Virus record (IMG/VR): IMGVR_UViG_3300009136_000003
Origin: an uncultured virus (IMG/VR IMGVR_UViG_3300009136_000003)
Lineage: Duplodnaviria > Heunggongvirae > Uroviricota > Caudoviricetes > Crassvirales
Strand: one strand, 5' to 3'
Length of the DNA: 20,000 nt
Part shown: positions 1 to 9,885 of the stretch, piece by piece
How the letters are laid out: every line of letters begins with the position of its first letter
Numbering within the stretch: position 1 is the stretch's first letter
Notes under the pieces: model-generated
Database searches by the model: none
Seen by the model: only the letters and a program-made list of their open reading frames with translations
Told to the model about the DNA's origin: nothing
Position numbers and translations under genes: made by a program

Positions 1-2
1 CA

Positions 3-290
3 CCTCAAGACTTTGTAAAGGATTACTTAGACGAGGATGGTATGCTTAAGGATTCAGTTGGATACCACAAGTCATTAGCCGTGGCAATGAACCCTGACAA
101 GTTTGCTAAGTTCTTTTATGAGCAAGGTAAGGCTGAAGGAAAGGATGATGTAATGAAACAGACTAAGAACGTGAATATGTCTGCAAGAAATACACCTGAA
201 TTTTCATCACAAGGGGGAACGCAAGTTAGAGCCGTCAATCCCGACTCAGGACGTGGCTTGAAAATAAGGAGCAATAAGAAAAATAATTAA
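3..290 (+). CDS. C-terminal part of a putative capsid scaffold/assembly protein (5' truncated by window)
   Basis: Frame is open from position 3 (PQDFVKDYLDEDG-MLKD...), so ATG 42 is probably internal. Contains AMNPDKFAKFFYEQG and lies directly upstream of the capsid gene. Function inferred from position. Confidence 0.55.
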   Translation, partial: PQDFVKDYLDEDGMLKDSVGYHKSLAVAMNPDKFAKFFYEQGKAEGKDDVMKQTKNVNMSARNTPEFSSQGGTQVRAVNPDSGRGLKIRSNKKNN

Positions 291-308
291 TATTAAAAAT
301 TAGAAAAA

Positions 309-1760
309 ATGGCAGGACAAGTAAATGCAACGCCCGGATTCGATTTGCAGCCAAGTGCATCGCAAACACCGTTATCCACAAATTATATTACCAACTTTGA
401 TTTCTTAAATCAGTATCTTCCGGATACTTACGAAAAGGAATTTGAGCGTTATGGTAACAGAACAATCTCATCTTTCTTACGTATGGTAGGTGCTGAGATG
501 CCTTCTAACTCTGACCTTATCAAATGGGCAGAACAAGGAAGATTACACACGAAGTATGTAAACTGTCTATCTACAGGAGCAGCAGCAGATGATGTAGCTA
601 CTATTGGAGTGAATGACGTTTTAGTACCGGCAAATCAAGCAGCAGGACAGGCATCGCAAATTGCGGTACGTGTTGGTCAGACTGTAATGGTTATTGGAAA
701 CGCAGGTGGCGGTTCTAACAAAGCTATTGTAACTGCGGTTAATACTGCAGCAGCAACCTTTGACATAGCTTACTACGAAGCAGCAGGACAGGCTTTTGGT
801 CAAGCAGAGGTTTGTACTGTATTTATTTATGGTTCAGAGTTTAAGAAAGGAACAAACGGAATGCAAGGCTCTTTAGAGGCTGATGACGTAATCTTTGAAA
901 ACTCTCCAATTATCATAAAAGATAAGTACTCTGTATCAGGTTCTGATATGGCTCAAATTGGATGGATTGAGGTTACAACTGAGAACGGTGCTTCAGGATA
1001 CCTATGGTATTTGAAGTCTGAGCACGAAACTCGTTTACGTTTTGATGACTATCTTGAAACTGCAATGATTGAAGCTGTTCCTGCTGAAGTAGGTTCGGGT
1101 GCAATTGCAGCTACAGGTGATGTAGGAAACAAAGGTTCTGAAGGTATATTCCACGTAGTCTCTAACAGAGGTAACGTATGGGGTGGAGGAAATCCAACTA
1201 CACTAGCAGAATTTGATACCATTGTTAGTCGTTTAGACAAGCAGGGTGCTATTGAAGAGAACGTATTATTCGTTGACAGAGATTTCTCTTTTGACATTGA
1301 TGATATGTTAGCTACACTTAACGGTTACGTTGCAGGTGGTTCTTCTAACTCAGCTTCTTTCGGTTTGTTTGACAACGATACTGAAATGGCATTGAACTTA
1401 GGATTCTCAGGATTCCGTAGAGGTTACGATTTCTACAAGTCTGATTGGAAATACTTGAATGACCCAACAATGCGTGGTGGTCTTGCAGGTGGAGCAGGTT
1501 CAGGTAAAGTAAGTGGTATGTTAGTTCCTGCAGGTTCTACTTCTGTTTATGACCAAATCTTAGGAAAGAATGCAAAGCGTCCTTTCTTACACGTTCGTTA
1601 CAGAGCTTCAGAAACTGAAGACAGACGTTACAAGACTTGGATTACAGGTTCAGCAGGTGGAGCACAGAACTCTGACCTTGATGCAATGGAGGTAAACTTC
1701 TTGTCTGAGAGAGCAGTATGTACTTTAGGTGCAAATAACTTCTTTATCTTCCAAGATTAA
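309..1760 (+). CDS. Major capsid protein
   Basis: 483 aa. YLPDTYEKEFERYGNRTISSFLRMVGAEMP..WAEQGRLH and a C-terminal FLSERAVCTLGANNF resemble MCPs of Bacteroidota/crAss-related podophages (recalled, not searched). Followed by an intrinsic terminator, as capsid genes typically are. Confidence 0.85.
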   Translation: MAGQVNATPGFDLQPSASQTPLSTNYITNFDFLNQYLPDTYEKEFERYGNRTISSFLRMVGAEMPSNSDLIKWAEQGRLHTKYVNCLSTGAAADDVATIGVNDVLVPANQAAGQASQIAVRVGQTVMVIGNAGGGSNKAIVTAVNTAAATFDIAYYEAAGQAFGQAEVCTVFIYGSEFKKGTNGMQGSLEADDVIFENSPIIIKDKYSVSGSDMAQIGWIEVTTENGASGYLWYLKSEHETRLRFDDYLETAMIEAVPAEVGSGAIAATGDVGNKGSEGIFHVVSNRGNVWGGGNPTTLAEFDTIVSRLDKQGAIEENVLFVDRDFSFDIDDMLATLNGYVAGGSSNSASFGLFDNDTEMALNLGFSGFRRGYDFYKSDWKYLNDPTMRGGLAGGAGSGKVSGMLVPAGSTSVYDQILGKNAKRPFLHVRYRASETEDRRYKTWITGSAGGAQNSDLDAMEVNFLSERAVCTLGANNFFIFQD

Positions 1761-1773
1761 GTAGATTAAATAT

Positions 1774-1808
1774 AGGATGGTGTCTTCAAGGACACCATCC
1801 TTTTTATT
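1774..1808 (+). terminator. Rho-independent terminator after the capsid gene
   Basis: AGGATGGTGTC-TTCAAG-GACACCATCCT, a perfect 11-bp stem, followed by TTTTATT. Confidence 0.9.
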
Positions 1809-1829
1809 ATAAACTTTAAATTATATCAA

Positions 1830-2582
1830 ATGAAAAAAGGTACAAAAAAATTTGTAGATAAGACTTACAAACTAACAAGAGACGCAGCTCCTCTTTCTTT
1901 TATGCTGCCAACTAGAAACTCAAGAAGGTTTCCATTATTACACTTTGATGATGTAACAGGTACAAACCGTGCTCTTAGGTATGCACGTAATCAAAACTCA
2001 CCATTTGAAGATGAGCAGGATGGGAATGCTATACTAGAGCCTGTTATTTTTGAAGATGGTTTCTTAACCGTTCCAAAAAATAATCAGGTATTACAAGAGT
2101 TTTTACACTATCATCCATTAAACGGTAAAAAATTTAATGAAGTAAATGAGGCAAAAGATGCAGCAGAGATTGTTCAAATCTTAAACTTAGAAGTAGATGC
2201 TTTAATTGAAGCAAGACAGCTTTCTATAGAAATGATAGAGAATGTTAGCCGAGTATTATTTGGAAAAGATTCATCTAAAGTATCAACAGCAGAACTAAAG
2301 CGTGATATTTTAATATTTGCAAAGAGAGAGCCACAAGAGTTTTTAAATATTCTTGGAGACCCTATGCTGAAACTACAAGGAAATGTTGCTTTATTTTTTG
2401 ATAAGAAATTACTTACCTTTAGAAAAAACCAAAAGGAGGTATGGTTCAATACTTCAAGTAATAAAAGTAGAATGCTAGTAGTCCCTTACGGAGAGGATGC
2501 AAAGTTTATTGTTGCTTCTTATTTATCAAGCGATGAAGGATTAGATTCATTAAAATTACTTGAAAGTATTTTAGAGTCTTAG
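1830..2582 (+). CDS. Hypothetical phage protein (post-capsid gene)
   Basis: 250-aa ORF with an A-rich initiation region, bracketed by two terminators. No recognisable catalytic motif. Confidence 0.7.
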   Translation: MKKGTKKFVDKTYKLTRDAAPLSFMLPTRNSRRFPLLHFDDVTGTNRALRYARNQNSPFEDEQDGNAILEPVIFEDGFLTVPKNNQVLQEFLHYHPLNGKKFNEVNEAKDAAEIVQILNLEVDALIEARQLSIEMIENVSRVLFGKDSSKVSTAELKRDILIFAKREPQEFLNILGDPMLKLQGNVALFFDKKLLTFRKNQKEVWFNTSSNKSRMLVVPYGEDAKFIVASYLSSDEGLDSLKLLESILES

Positions 2583-2607
2583 TAATAAACATTATAAGAT
2601 AGAATAG

Positions 2608-2637
2608 GAGGTCACAAAATGTGACCTCTTTTTTTTT
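2608..2637 (+). terminator. Rho-independent terminator
   Basis: GAGGTCACA-AAA-TGTGACCTC, a 9-bp stem, followed by T9. Confidence 0.9.
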
Positions 2638-2640
2638 CCC

Positions 2641-2648
2641 TATCTTTG
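2641..2648 (+). promoter_or_regulatory. Bacteroidota-type -7 promoter element (TAnnTTTG)
   Basis: TATCTTTG in the intergenic gap, just after the terminator and 14 nt before ATG 2663. No clean -33 TTTG element. Confidence 0.65.
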
Positions 2649-2662
2649 TAAAAAAGTTTACG

Positions 2663-3622
2663 ATGATAAACGCAGTAAGAAACACAGTACTATCTGTGTT
2701 AAATAAAAATAATTACGGATACTTATCTCCGTCAGATTTCAACTTGTTTGCAAAACAGGCTCAGTTAGATATATTCGAGAATTACTTTTACGAATACAAC
2801 TATCAAATAAACAAAGAGAATGCTCGTCAGTCAGGAGATGGATATGCTGATATTACAAAGAGTATAGAGGAGGCTATTGATTTGTTTTCAGAAACAAAAG
2901 GATTAACTCAAAACTTTGAAAGTTTATATTTTGCACCCTCTCAAACTACTACAGGTAGTGATTACTATTTATTAAATAAAGTATTAATACAACAAGGACT
3001 TTTAGATGAGGGTACTACAACAGCAACCACAGGAGGTGGAAACAAATTAATTGATGACCAAGCAGACTTTACAGTAGATGTAAATATAGGCGATATAGTA
3101 GCAGTAGAAAATAATGGTATAAAGTATGTTATAGTTACCTTAGTACAGGATTCAACAACACTTCAGACAACAGGAGGAAATTCTTTTTGGAACTCAATAG
3201 GGTTAAAGTATTCTATTTTTAAAAAAGGAAGCAATCTAGAAGAGGCAGAGCAAGTTGCTCATAGCAAGATAACTATGCTTTCTAACTCTATATATACCGC
3301 ACCAACACTAACTTTCCCTGCTTATACTCAGGAAGATATTAATTTAACGGTATATCCTGATACAATAAAAGCGGTAGGGCAAGTAAAATCTCAGTACATA
3401 AGGTATCCTAAAACCCCAAAATGGACTTACATAGACTTACTAAACGGTGAGCCGGCATTTAATGCATCGGCTGCTGACTATCAAGACTTTGAAATACCAT
3501 TAGACGATGAGGTTAATTTAATTTTAAAGATACTTCAATACGCAGGTGTATCTATTAGAGAGTCAGAAATATATCAGTTTGCACAGGCAGAAGAACAACA
3601 AGATAATCAAGCACAACAATAA
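2663..3622 (+). CDS. Putative tail ring/tubular (head-tail adaptor) protein
   Basis: Start moved from GTG 2621 (inside the terminator hairpin) to ATG 2663 (MINAVRNTVLSVLNKNNYGY), giving 319 aa. FNLFAKQAQLDIF and YIRYPKTPKW resemble ring proteins of crAss-related phages; synteny agrees. Confidence 0.6.
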   Translation: MINAVRNTVLSVLNKNNYGYLSPSDFNLFAKQAQLDIFENYFYEYNYQINKENARQSGDGYADITKSIEEAIDLFSETKGLTQNFESLYFAPSQTTTGSDYYLLNKVLIQQGLLDEGTTTATTGGGNKLIDDQADFTVDVNIGDIVAVENNGIKYVIVTLVQDSTTLQTTGGNSFWNSIGLKYSIFKKGSNLEEAEQVAHSKITMLSNSIYTAPTLTFPAYTQEDINLTVYPDTIKAVGQVKSQYIRYPKTPKWTYIDLLNGEPAFNASAADYQDFEIPLDDEVNLILKILQYAGVSIRESEIYQFAQAEEQQDNQAQQ

Positions 3623-4548
3623 TGGCATATATATCAGAATATCAGTATTACGAAAATGGGGGAGCAGCACCAATAGATAATAATTGGGGTTCATATCAGT
3701 ATGTATCCTTGTATGATATAGTCAACAATTTTATGTTGATGTACGCAGGAAACCATAGTCTTGTTAACAACGAAGAGAGATACAGAGTTTTATTTCACGC
3801 AAAACGTGCAGTTCAGGAACTAAATTATGATGCGTTTAAAGAGATAAAAATATTAGAACTAAACGTAGATAGTCAGTTAAGGTTTGTACTTCCTCAAGAT
3901 TATGTTAATTGGGTTAGAATATCTCAGTATAGAAACGGATTGTTATTTCCTTTAAGCGAAAATATTCAGACACAATCTTCTGCTGCATATCTTCAAGATA
4001 ATACAGGAAAGATTTTATTTGATGTAGATGGTAATATTTTAAGACCTGAGTTTTCTAATCTTGATTATGATAGAATTGTAGGTATGGGGCAAAGTATATA
4101 CTTAGACCAAAACAATGGACAGTTCAATGGACTTCCGGGATACAACTGTGATGGTAATTGGTATTTTGAGTTTGGTATTGGAGCAGCGTTTGGATTAAAT
4201 ACAGAGACTGCAAATGCAAACCCAACGTTTACTATTGATAAAGCTGCAGGTGTAATAAACTTTAGTTCAAGTATGGCTAATCAAATAGCTGTCCTTGAGT
4301 ATGTTTCAGATGGAATGGAAGGCGGGGATGACTCTAGGGTTAATGTCAACAAGTTATTTGAGGAATATGTTTACGCATTTATTGAGTTCTCAATACTAAA
4401 CTCTAAACTTAATGTTCAGGAGTATATTATAACAAGAGCAAGAAAACGCAAGGGAGCACTTCTAAGGAACGCAAAAATAAGAATAAGCAATATACATCCG
4501 GGAAGATTATTAATGAACCTGAGAGGTCAGGATAAGTGGATTAAGTAA
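3622..4548 (+). CDS. Putative tail ring/tubular protein
   Basis: 308 aa, coupled to the upstream gene by a TAATG overlap. Contains LFHAKRAVQELNYD, LPQDYVNWVRIS and LEYVSDG. Lies just before the stabilisation protein gene. Confidence 0.6.
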   Translation: MAYISEYQYYENGGAAPIDNNWGSYQYVSLYDIVNNFMLMYAGNHSLVNNEERYRVLFHAKRAVQELNYDAFKEIKILELNVDSQLRFVLPQDYVNWVRISQYRNGLLFPLSENIQTQSSAAYLQDNTGKILFDVDGNILRPEFSNLDYDRIVGMGQSIYLDQNNGQFNGLPGYNCDGNWYFEFGIGAAFGLNTETANANPTFTIDKAAGVINFSSSMANQIAVLEYVSDGMEGGDDSRVNVNKLFEEYVYAFIEFSILNSKLNVQEYIITRARKRKGALLRNAKIRISNIHPGRLLMNLRGQDKWIK

Positions 4549-4549
4549 T

Positions 4550-7500
4550 ATGGCAAACACATCTAGAAATTTTATTAAGGGTATAATGAACAAGTCGCTA
4601 GATGAGCGAATTATTCCTAACGGACAATATATTGATGCGTTGAATGTTCGTATGGGTTCTACTGAAGGTTCAGAGGTTGGTGTTATAGAAAACACCAAAG
4701 GAAACGAGCTATTGACAAGTCTTTCTTTTGAAGGAAATGCTTTAAGCTCATCAGCTAGATGTATTGGTGCTTATGAGGATGGTGCTAACGAGACCTTGTA
4801 TTGGTTTATTCACGACAGTAATTTTCCTTCTTCTCCTACAAATAAGATTGACTTGATAGTATCGTATGATACTAAAACAAGCAGTACACAATATCATATT
4901 ATTTCTATAGATAGCGGATTATCAGATGGTAACACAACTTTAAATTTTAATCCAAAGTATCTTATAACAGGGGTAAATAAAATAGAAGAATTATTATATT
5001 TTACAGACAACTATACAGACCCAAAACAAATAAATGTAACAAAAAATTATACCAATCCTGAATCAGGTGTTGATACTTTTTCTTTAGAGTCATTGCTTGT
5101 TATTAAAAAACCTCCGACAACATCTCCTATTATTGAGCCTGTTACAACTAGTACTACAAGTAACTTTTTAGAGGACAGGTTTATTTCTTTTGCATACAGG
5201 TATAGGTATGAGGATGGGGAATACTCTGCAACATCTCAGTTTAGTAACCCTGCTTTTATACCGGGTGCATTTAACTATAACTTTGCAACTGCATTAAATG
5301 GAGGTATGTTAAATACTAAGAACGCAGTTAACGTTACTTATAACACAGGAGGCCCTTTAGTTAAGTCTATTGACTTATTATTTAAGGATATGAATTCTTC
5401 TGTAATTAAAATTATAGAGAAAATAAATAAAGAAGAAGACGGTATACCTAATAATGTTGAGCGACAATATATTTTTGACAATAGCAAAATATTTACAGTA
5501 CTCCCCTCGTCAGAGATATTAAGACTTTTTGACAATGTACCTAGACTAGCTGACGCTCAGACTCTTATGGGTAATAGGCTTATGTATGGAAACTATCTTG
5601 AGGGATATGACTTAAAAGATGCAGATGGTAACGTCACTAAATTAGAGTATGTTACAACTTTTGATTCTGAAGAAGTTGGATTAGAACAACTTAGCTACGC
5701 AAATGGGCCGGGTTTATATAATTGGGTTGGGTCTGAAACAATACCAAAAGCTGTGATACAAATAAATTTTGCAGGCATAGAGCTTAAAGCAGGTAGTATT
5801 ATTAATATAACATTAAGATTTAGCTTTTCTAAATGGTCAGGTGCAACTCCATCACCTATTGAAGAGCTTCAAGAGACAACTATAGATTTTGCGTATACAC
5901 TACAAAGTGATTTCAACAATCCTTACGAGCTTTCTATTTTCCCTGACTTTGTACAAAGAATAGGTGAGGTAGGTACTATACAGACTGTAGAAAACTGTAG
6001 TCTAGGTACAACGTTTACAGATATATTTAATTGTTCAATTTCAAATGAGGTAAGCATTCCTGCACCTGTAGGAGGCTCTGCATTTAAGTTTGCAAGTGGT
6101 ATTAGCTCAGGAGGACAGCCTATACGAATTATTTCTGCAATAGGTTCTAATGTAATTAGTTTTCAGCTTCCTGCAATGCAATACGTAGACAATGTTCTTG
6201 CTCCGACTAGAAGTTATTATGAGTATTATCAAATAAATTTATCATCAGTTTATTTTCAAGAGGTTGGAGACCCAAAAAGTTTACATAGCAACAGGGGGTA
6301 TGAGATTGGAATAGTATATATGGATGAGTTTAATCGTATGACTACTGCATTGGTTAGTGAACAAAACACAGTACAAATACCTTGCTCTGCTTCAGTAACT
6401 AAAAACTCTATACAGGTAAATATACCACCTTCTCAAATAGCACCTTCTTGGGCAACACGGTATAAGTTTGTTATTAAGCCTGACAAAGAGGATTATAATG
6501 TTATTTACTCTAATTTCTTTTTTAGAGACCCAAGTTCAGGTTCAGATTACTTTTTGCTTGAAGGACAAAACTCAACAAAAATAGAATTAGGGGATGAACT
6601 AATTGTAAAGGCAGACACACAGGGTGCAAGACAGAATTGTACTTGGACTACAGTATTAGAAAAAGAAGCACAGCAACAAGATTTTTTAAAGCCTCCTCCT
6701 GTGGATGAGAATGCTAATGATATACTTCTTCCGGGAGGAGTTTATATGAAACTTCAAGCTAATAATTTCTCTACAGAATTAAAACCAAATTCAAACATAT
6801 CACCGGGTGAAATTGCAGAATCATCTTCTAGCGGTGGAACGTGTCCTATAGTGCAATACCCCACACAACTTTATAATGATTTAACAAATGCGTGGGAGGA
6901 TATAGAAATATTGGCAGGTTCTAGAGTATCTATAAGAATTAGTAACAACAGAAGAGGTAACGAGAGTGCAATGTGGGGTGGTGTTGATAAAAGAAATTGG
7001 GAGGTAGACACTAGCTTTATTTCAAATGATGATTATGGCTCTTTTTATCTATGGTTTAATGGGGATAATATTGCTCCTGCGTTAGAAGCTCAGGCAGTAG
7101 AAAAAATTCCAACCGATTGGGAGTTTAATTATACTGATGTTCTTGGAGGATTATCTAATGTTTGTAATGATACCACTATATCTTTAGCGTTTATAGATTT
7201 AGGAGCTAATGGAGGAATGAGGTTGCAGGTTAAGGGAAGTCTAGGATATAGTAATGAAAAGAAAAGAACTAACTTACAAGTAGAAATAGCTATAATACTT
7301 TCTAATAGTACAATTATTTTTGAGTCAGACCCTCAAGATGCATCACCTGATTTATGGTACGAGTCTTCTGAGTCTTACTCTATCGATTCATTAGGACAAC
7401 ACACAGGAAATTTTCAAAATCAAAATTTTTCTGCAAACATACCCGCCATTATACGTACTGCATTTTTTAATTGCTATGCGTTTGGTAATGGTGCGGAAAG

Positions 7501-9400
7501 TTTTAAGATTCAAGACTCTATAGTTGGCAAAGAACTTGTTTTAGGAAACAGAGCTACAACAACAGACTCTGAAGTTTATGGTGAGGAAAGAAGATTTTCT
7601 GATATTACTTATAGTGGAGTTTTTAACCCTGAGTCAAACATAAATAAGCTAAATGAATTTAATGGTGGACTCTTAAACTTTAAAAAACTAGAGACATCGT
7701 TTGGCCCTATTAGAAAATTATTTGCAAGAGAGACTGATGTGTTGTCGCTACAAGAGGATAAGATATCTTATGTATTAGCAGGCAAGAATTTATTGTCTGA
7801 CGCAGCAGGAGGAAATGCTTTAACGTCAGTACCTGAAGTTTTAGGAACTCAGATTGCAAGGATAGAGGAGTTTGGAATATCAAACAATGCTGAGAGTTTT
7901 GCTGAGTGGGGTTCAGATAAATATTTTACGGATGCCAAGAGAGGTGTTGTTATAAACTTAAAAGGTTCAAGTGCTCAGAACGAGCAGCTTCAAGTAATAT
8001 CATCAAGTGGTATGCGTACTTGGTTTAGAGACCTGTTTAATGAAACTTTTACAAGTCAAAAGTTAGGTGGGTTTGACCCATATATGAACGAGTTTGTGTT
8101 GTCGTCTAATAGAATTAAAAAACCTACAATCGAAGTATGCAAGAACTGTGGCATAACAGAGTCGTTTGTAATTAAAGATGTTGGATATCAGTACTGCTAT
8201 AATGTAGGAGAATTGGTTGGAACGGTTGATGTTAACTACAGCGTAGAGCTTCCTGTGACAGGAACGTTTGAGGTTATAGCTCTTTATAATGGCGTTGTTA
8301 CTACTACAGGTAGTGTTAGCACAAGTGGGGTATTAACATTCACAAAAGATGAGGTGTTAGTAAATGAGGTTTTAATTAGTATAATTCCAACACAAAGTAT
8401 AGATATAAGTTTAACTGTTGATTGCCCTATAGGAGACATTGTTACTATTGTTTTAGTAAATATTAGTAATGACGCTGATGCAGGGGAGACAATACACGAT
8501 GAGTACAGATGGACAGATTCAGCATTTCAGTCTCCATTACATTCATCGGGCGTTACTTTTTTATCAGGGCCAAGTCCTATAGTTTCTTTATATGAAACAA
8601 TTACAGGGCCTCAAGGTGGTGGTGTTATACCATCAAATAATGCCACGATAACAATAAGTTCAGATAAAAAAAGTACTGACACGTATGATTTTAATATTAA
8701 TTCAGACAACTTTAGATACCTAAGAACTAATATATTATACGCTAATACAACCACGCAGATTCAGTCATTACTTTTATCAAGCACAATACCGACACCAATA
8801 AATATTCCTACAGGAGGAAATACTGCGTATACTGCTAGTTTTAATATGCCAAATACAGGTCAGTATTTATATCTTATTTGGGACTATAGAGATGCTACAC
8901 CAATAGATTTGTGTTACGACAACGGTACTGCTCAGGCAGCTTGTTGTAATTGCCCTGCAAGTAGTTCTATATTTTTACTTGAAGACTGTGAGTCAGGAGC
9001 ACAATTTACTGTTGAAGATACATACCAAAACGGAATAGGAATTAACTCAGTTGTTCAGTACGTTCAAGGAGTAGGAGCAGGTGCAGGGACATTTGTTTAC
9101 TGTGGCCGTATAATTAACTTTGGTGTTACCGCAAACGCAACCTTATATTCTAATGAAACTCAAACCTGTGGGGATGTTTCAAATTGTAACTTTGATTCCG
9201 CTGTAAGTTGTTCTCAATATACTGTATCCACATACGCAAATACAGGACAGGGGTATTCATACACAGATTGTAATGGAGTATTCAGGAGTGAATTTATAGG
9301 TGGCTCAAACGGATATGATTCAGATACATTCTGTGCTCAAACAGGCTCAGTAGACCCCGGAAGCAATTACCTATCATTTGACGGAGATTGTCAATTTTAA
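4550..9400 (+). CDS. Tail stabilisation/muzzle-like protein (N-terminal and central part) with a Cys-rich C-terminal extension
   Basis: 1616 aa, beta-rich. N-terminal FIKGIMNKSLDERIIPNGQYIDALNVR, then LYFTDN, FAYRYRYEDGEYS, GNRLMYGNY, FGISNNAESFA, YFTDAKRG and GGFDPY resemble the P22 gp10/crAss muzzle-type family (recalled). 16 Cys after about position 8110. Confidence 0.7.
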   Translation: MANTSRNFIKGIMNKSLDERIIPNGQYIDALNVRMGSTEGSEVGVIENTKGNELLTSLSFEGNALSSSARCIGAYEDGANETLYWFIHDSNFPSSPTNKIDLIVSYDTKTSSTQYHIISIDSGLSDGNTTLNFNPKYLITGVNKIEELLYFTDNYTDPKQINVTKNYTNPESGVDTFSLESLLVIKKPPTTSPIIEPVTTSTTSNFLEDRFISFAYRYRYEDGEYSATSQFSNPAFIPGAFNYNFATALNGGMLNTKNAVNVTYNTGGPLVKSIDLLFKDMNSSVIKIIEKINKEEDGIPNNVERQYIFDNSKIFTVLPSSEILRLFDNVPRLADAQTLMGNRLMYGNYLEGYDLKDADGNVTKLEYVTTFDSEEVGLEQLSYANGPGLYNWVGSETIPKAVIQINFAGIELKAGSIINITLRFSFSKWSGATPSPIEELQETTIDFAYTLQSDFNNPYELSIFPDFVQRIGEVGTIQTVENCSLGTTFTDIFNCSISNEVSIPAPVGGSAFKFASGISSGGQPIRIISAIGSNVISFQLPAMQYVDNVLAPTRSYYEYYQINLSSVYFQEVGDPKSLHSNRGYEIGIVYMDEFNRMTTALVSEQNTVQIPCSASVTKNSIQVNIPPSQIAPSWATRYKFVIKPDKEDYNVIYSNFFFRDPSSGSDYFLLEGQNSTKIELGDELIVKADTQGARQNCTWTTVLEKEAQQQDFLKPPPVDENANDILLPGGVYMKLQANNFSTELKPNSNISPGEIAESSSSGGTCPIVQYPTQLYNDLTNAWEDIEILAGSRVSIRISNNRRGNESAMWGGVDKRNWEVDTSFISNDDYGSFYLWFNGDNIAPALEAQAVEKIPTDWEFNYTDVLGGLSNVCNDTTISLAFIDLGANGGMRLQVKGSLGYSNEKKRTNLQVEIAIILSNSTIIFESDPQDASPDLWYESSESYSIDSLGQHTGNFQNQNFSANIPAIIRTAFFNCYAFGNGAESFKIQDSIVGKELVLGNRATTTDSEVYGEERRFSDITYSGVFNPESNINKLNEFNGGLLNFKKLETSFGPIRKLFARETDVLSLQEDKISYVLAGKNLLSDAAGGNALTSVPEVLGTQIARIEEFGISNNAESFAEWGSDKYFTDAKRGVVINLKGSSAQNEQLQVISSSGMRTWFRDLFNETFTSQKLGGFDPYMNEFVLSSNRIKKPTIEVCKNCGITESFVIKDVGYQYCYNVGELVGTVDVNYSVELPVTGTFEVIALYNGVVTTTGSVSTSGVLTFTKDEVLVNEVLISIIPTQSIDISLTVDCPIGDIVTIVLVNISNDADAGETIHDEYRWTDSAFQSPLHSSGVTFLSGPSPIVSLYETITGPQGGGVIPSNNATITISSDKKSTDTYDFNINSDNFRYLRTNILYANTTTQIQSLLLSSTIPTPINIPTGGNTAYTASFNMPNTGQYLYLIWDYRDATPIDLCYDNGTAQAACCNCPASSSIFLLEDCESGAQFTVEDTYQNGIGINSVVQYVQGVGAGAGTFVYCGRIINFGVTANATLYSNETQTCGDVSNCNFDSAVSCSQYTVSTYANTGQGYSYTDCNGVFRSEFIGGSNGYDSDTFCAQTGSVDPGSNYLSFDGDCQF

Positions 9401-9413
9401 AATAAAATAAACT

Positions 9414-9872
9414 ATGGCAGTATATTACTTAGACGGAACAACACTATCAAACTCAACAGCAATATACGCTGATGTGGAGTTAACTATCTGCGAGTCAGAT
9501 GGGTTTTACTCTGATGGTGTTATTGTTAGACAGTTAGTTAATTGTGTATTACTTAATGTTCAGAGCTGTCCGAGTTGCCCTGACCCTAACCCTCCTAGCT
9601 ATACGATATATCGTTCTGCAATACAATCAGATTGTACTAATTTCTGTCCCGGTAACGCACCTAATTTTTTAATTTCTGTATCAGTACAGTCACCTTCTAT
9701 TTGGACGGATTTAAGTCTTGGTGATGAATTGCCATTGGCTGACGGATGGTATGCAACTGCGGCTACATCTACAGATACAGCAACAGGTAATTATAAAATG
9801 TATAATATGTTAAATGGTCAAATATCAGATATAAGAGTATGCTCTGCTACAGGGCAATGCCAAGCACAATAA
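9414..9872 (+). CDS. Cys-rich small structural/decoration protein
   Basis: 152 aa with 8 Cys. Two loosely similar halves (SDGFYS...QSC and ADGWYA...RVC). Confidence 0.6.
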   Translation: MAVYYLDGTTLSNSTAIYADVELTICESDGFYSDGVIVRQLVNCVLLNVQSCPSCPDPNPPSYTIYRSAIQSDCTNFCPGNAPNFLISVSVQSPSIWTDLSLGDELPLADGWYATAATSTDTATGNYKMYNMLNGQISDIRVCSATGQCQAQ

Positions 9873-9885
9873 ATAAAATATAAAT

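Noticed and set aside
42..44. ATG 42 as the start of an 82-aa gene
   Set aside because: The frame is open and protein-like back to the window edge, so the gene probably starts upstream.
2621..2662. GTG start at 2621 for the ring protein
   Set aside because: It lies inside the terminator hairpin and U-tract, upstream of the promoter element. ATG 2663 fits better.
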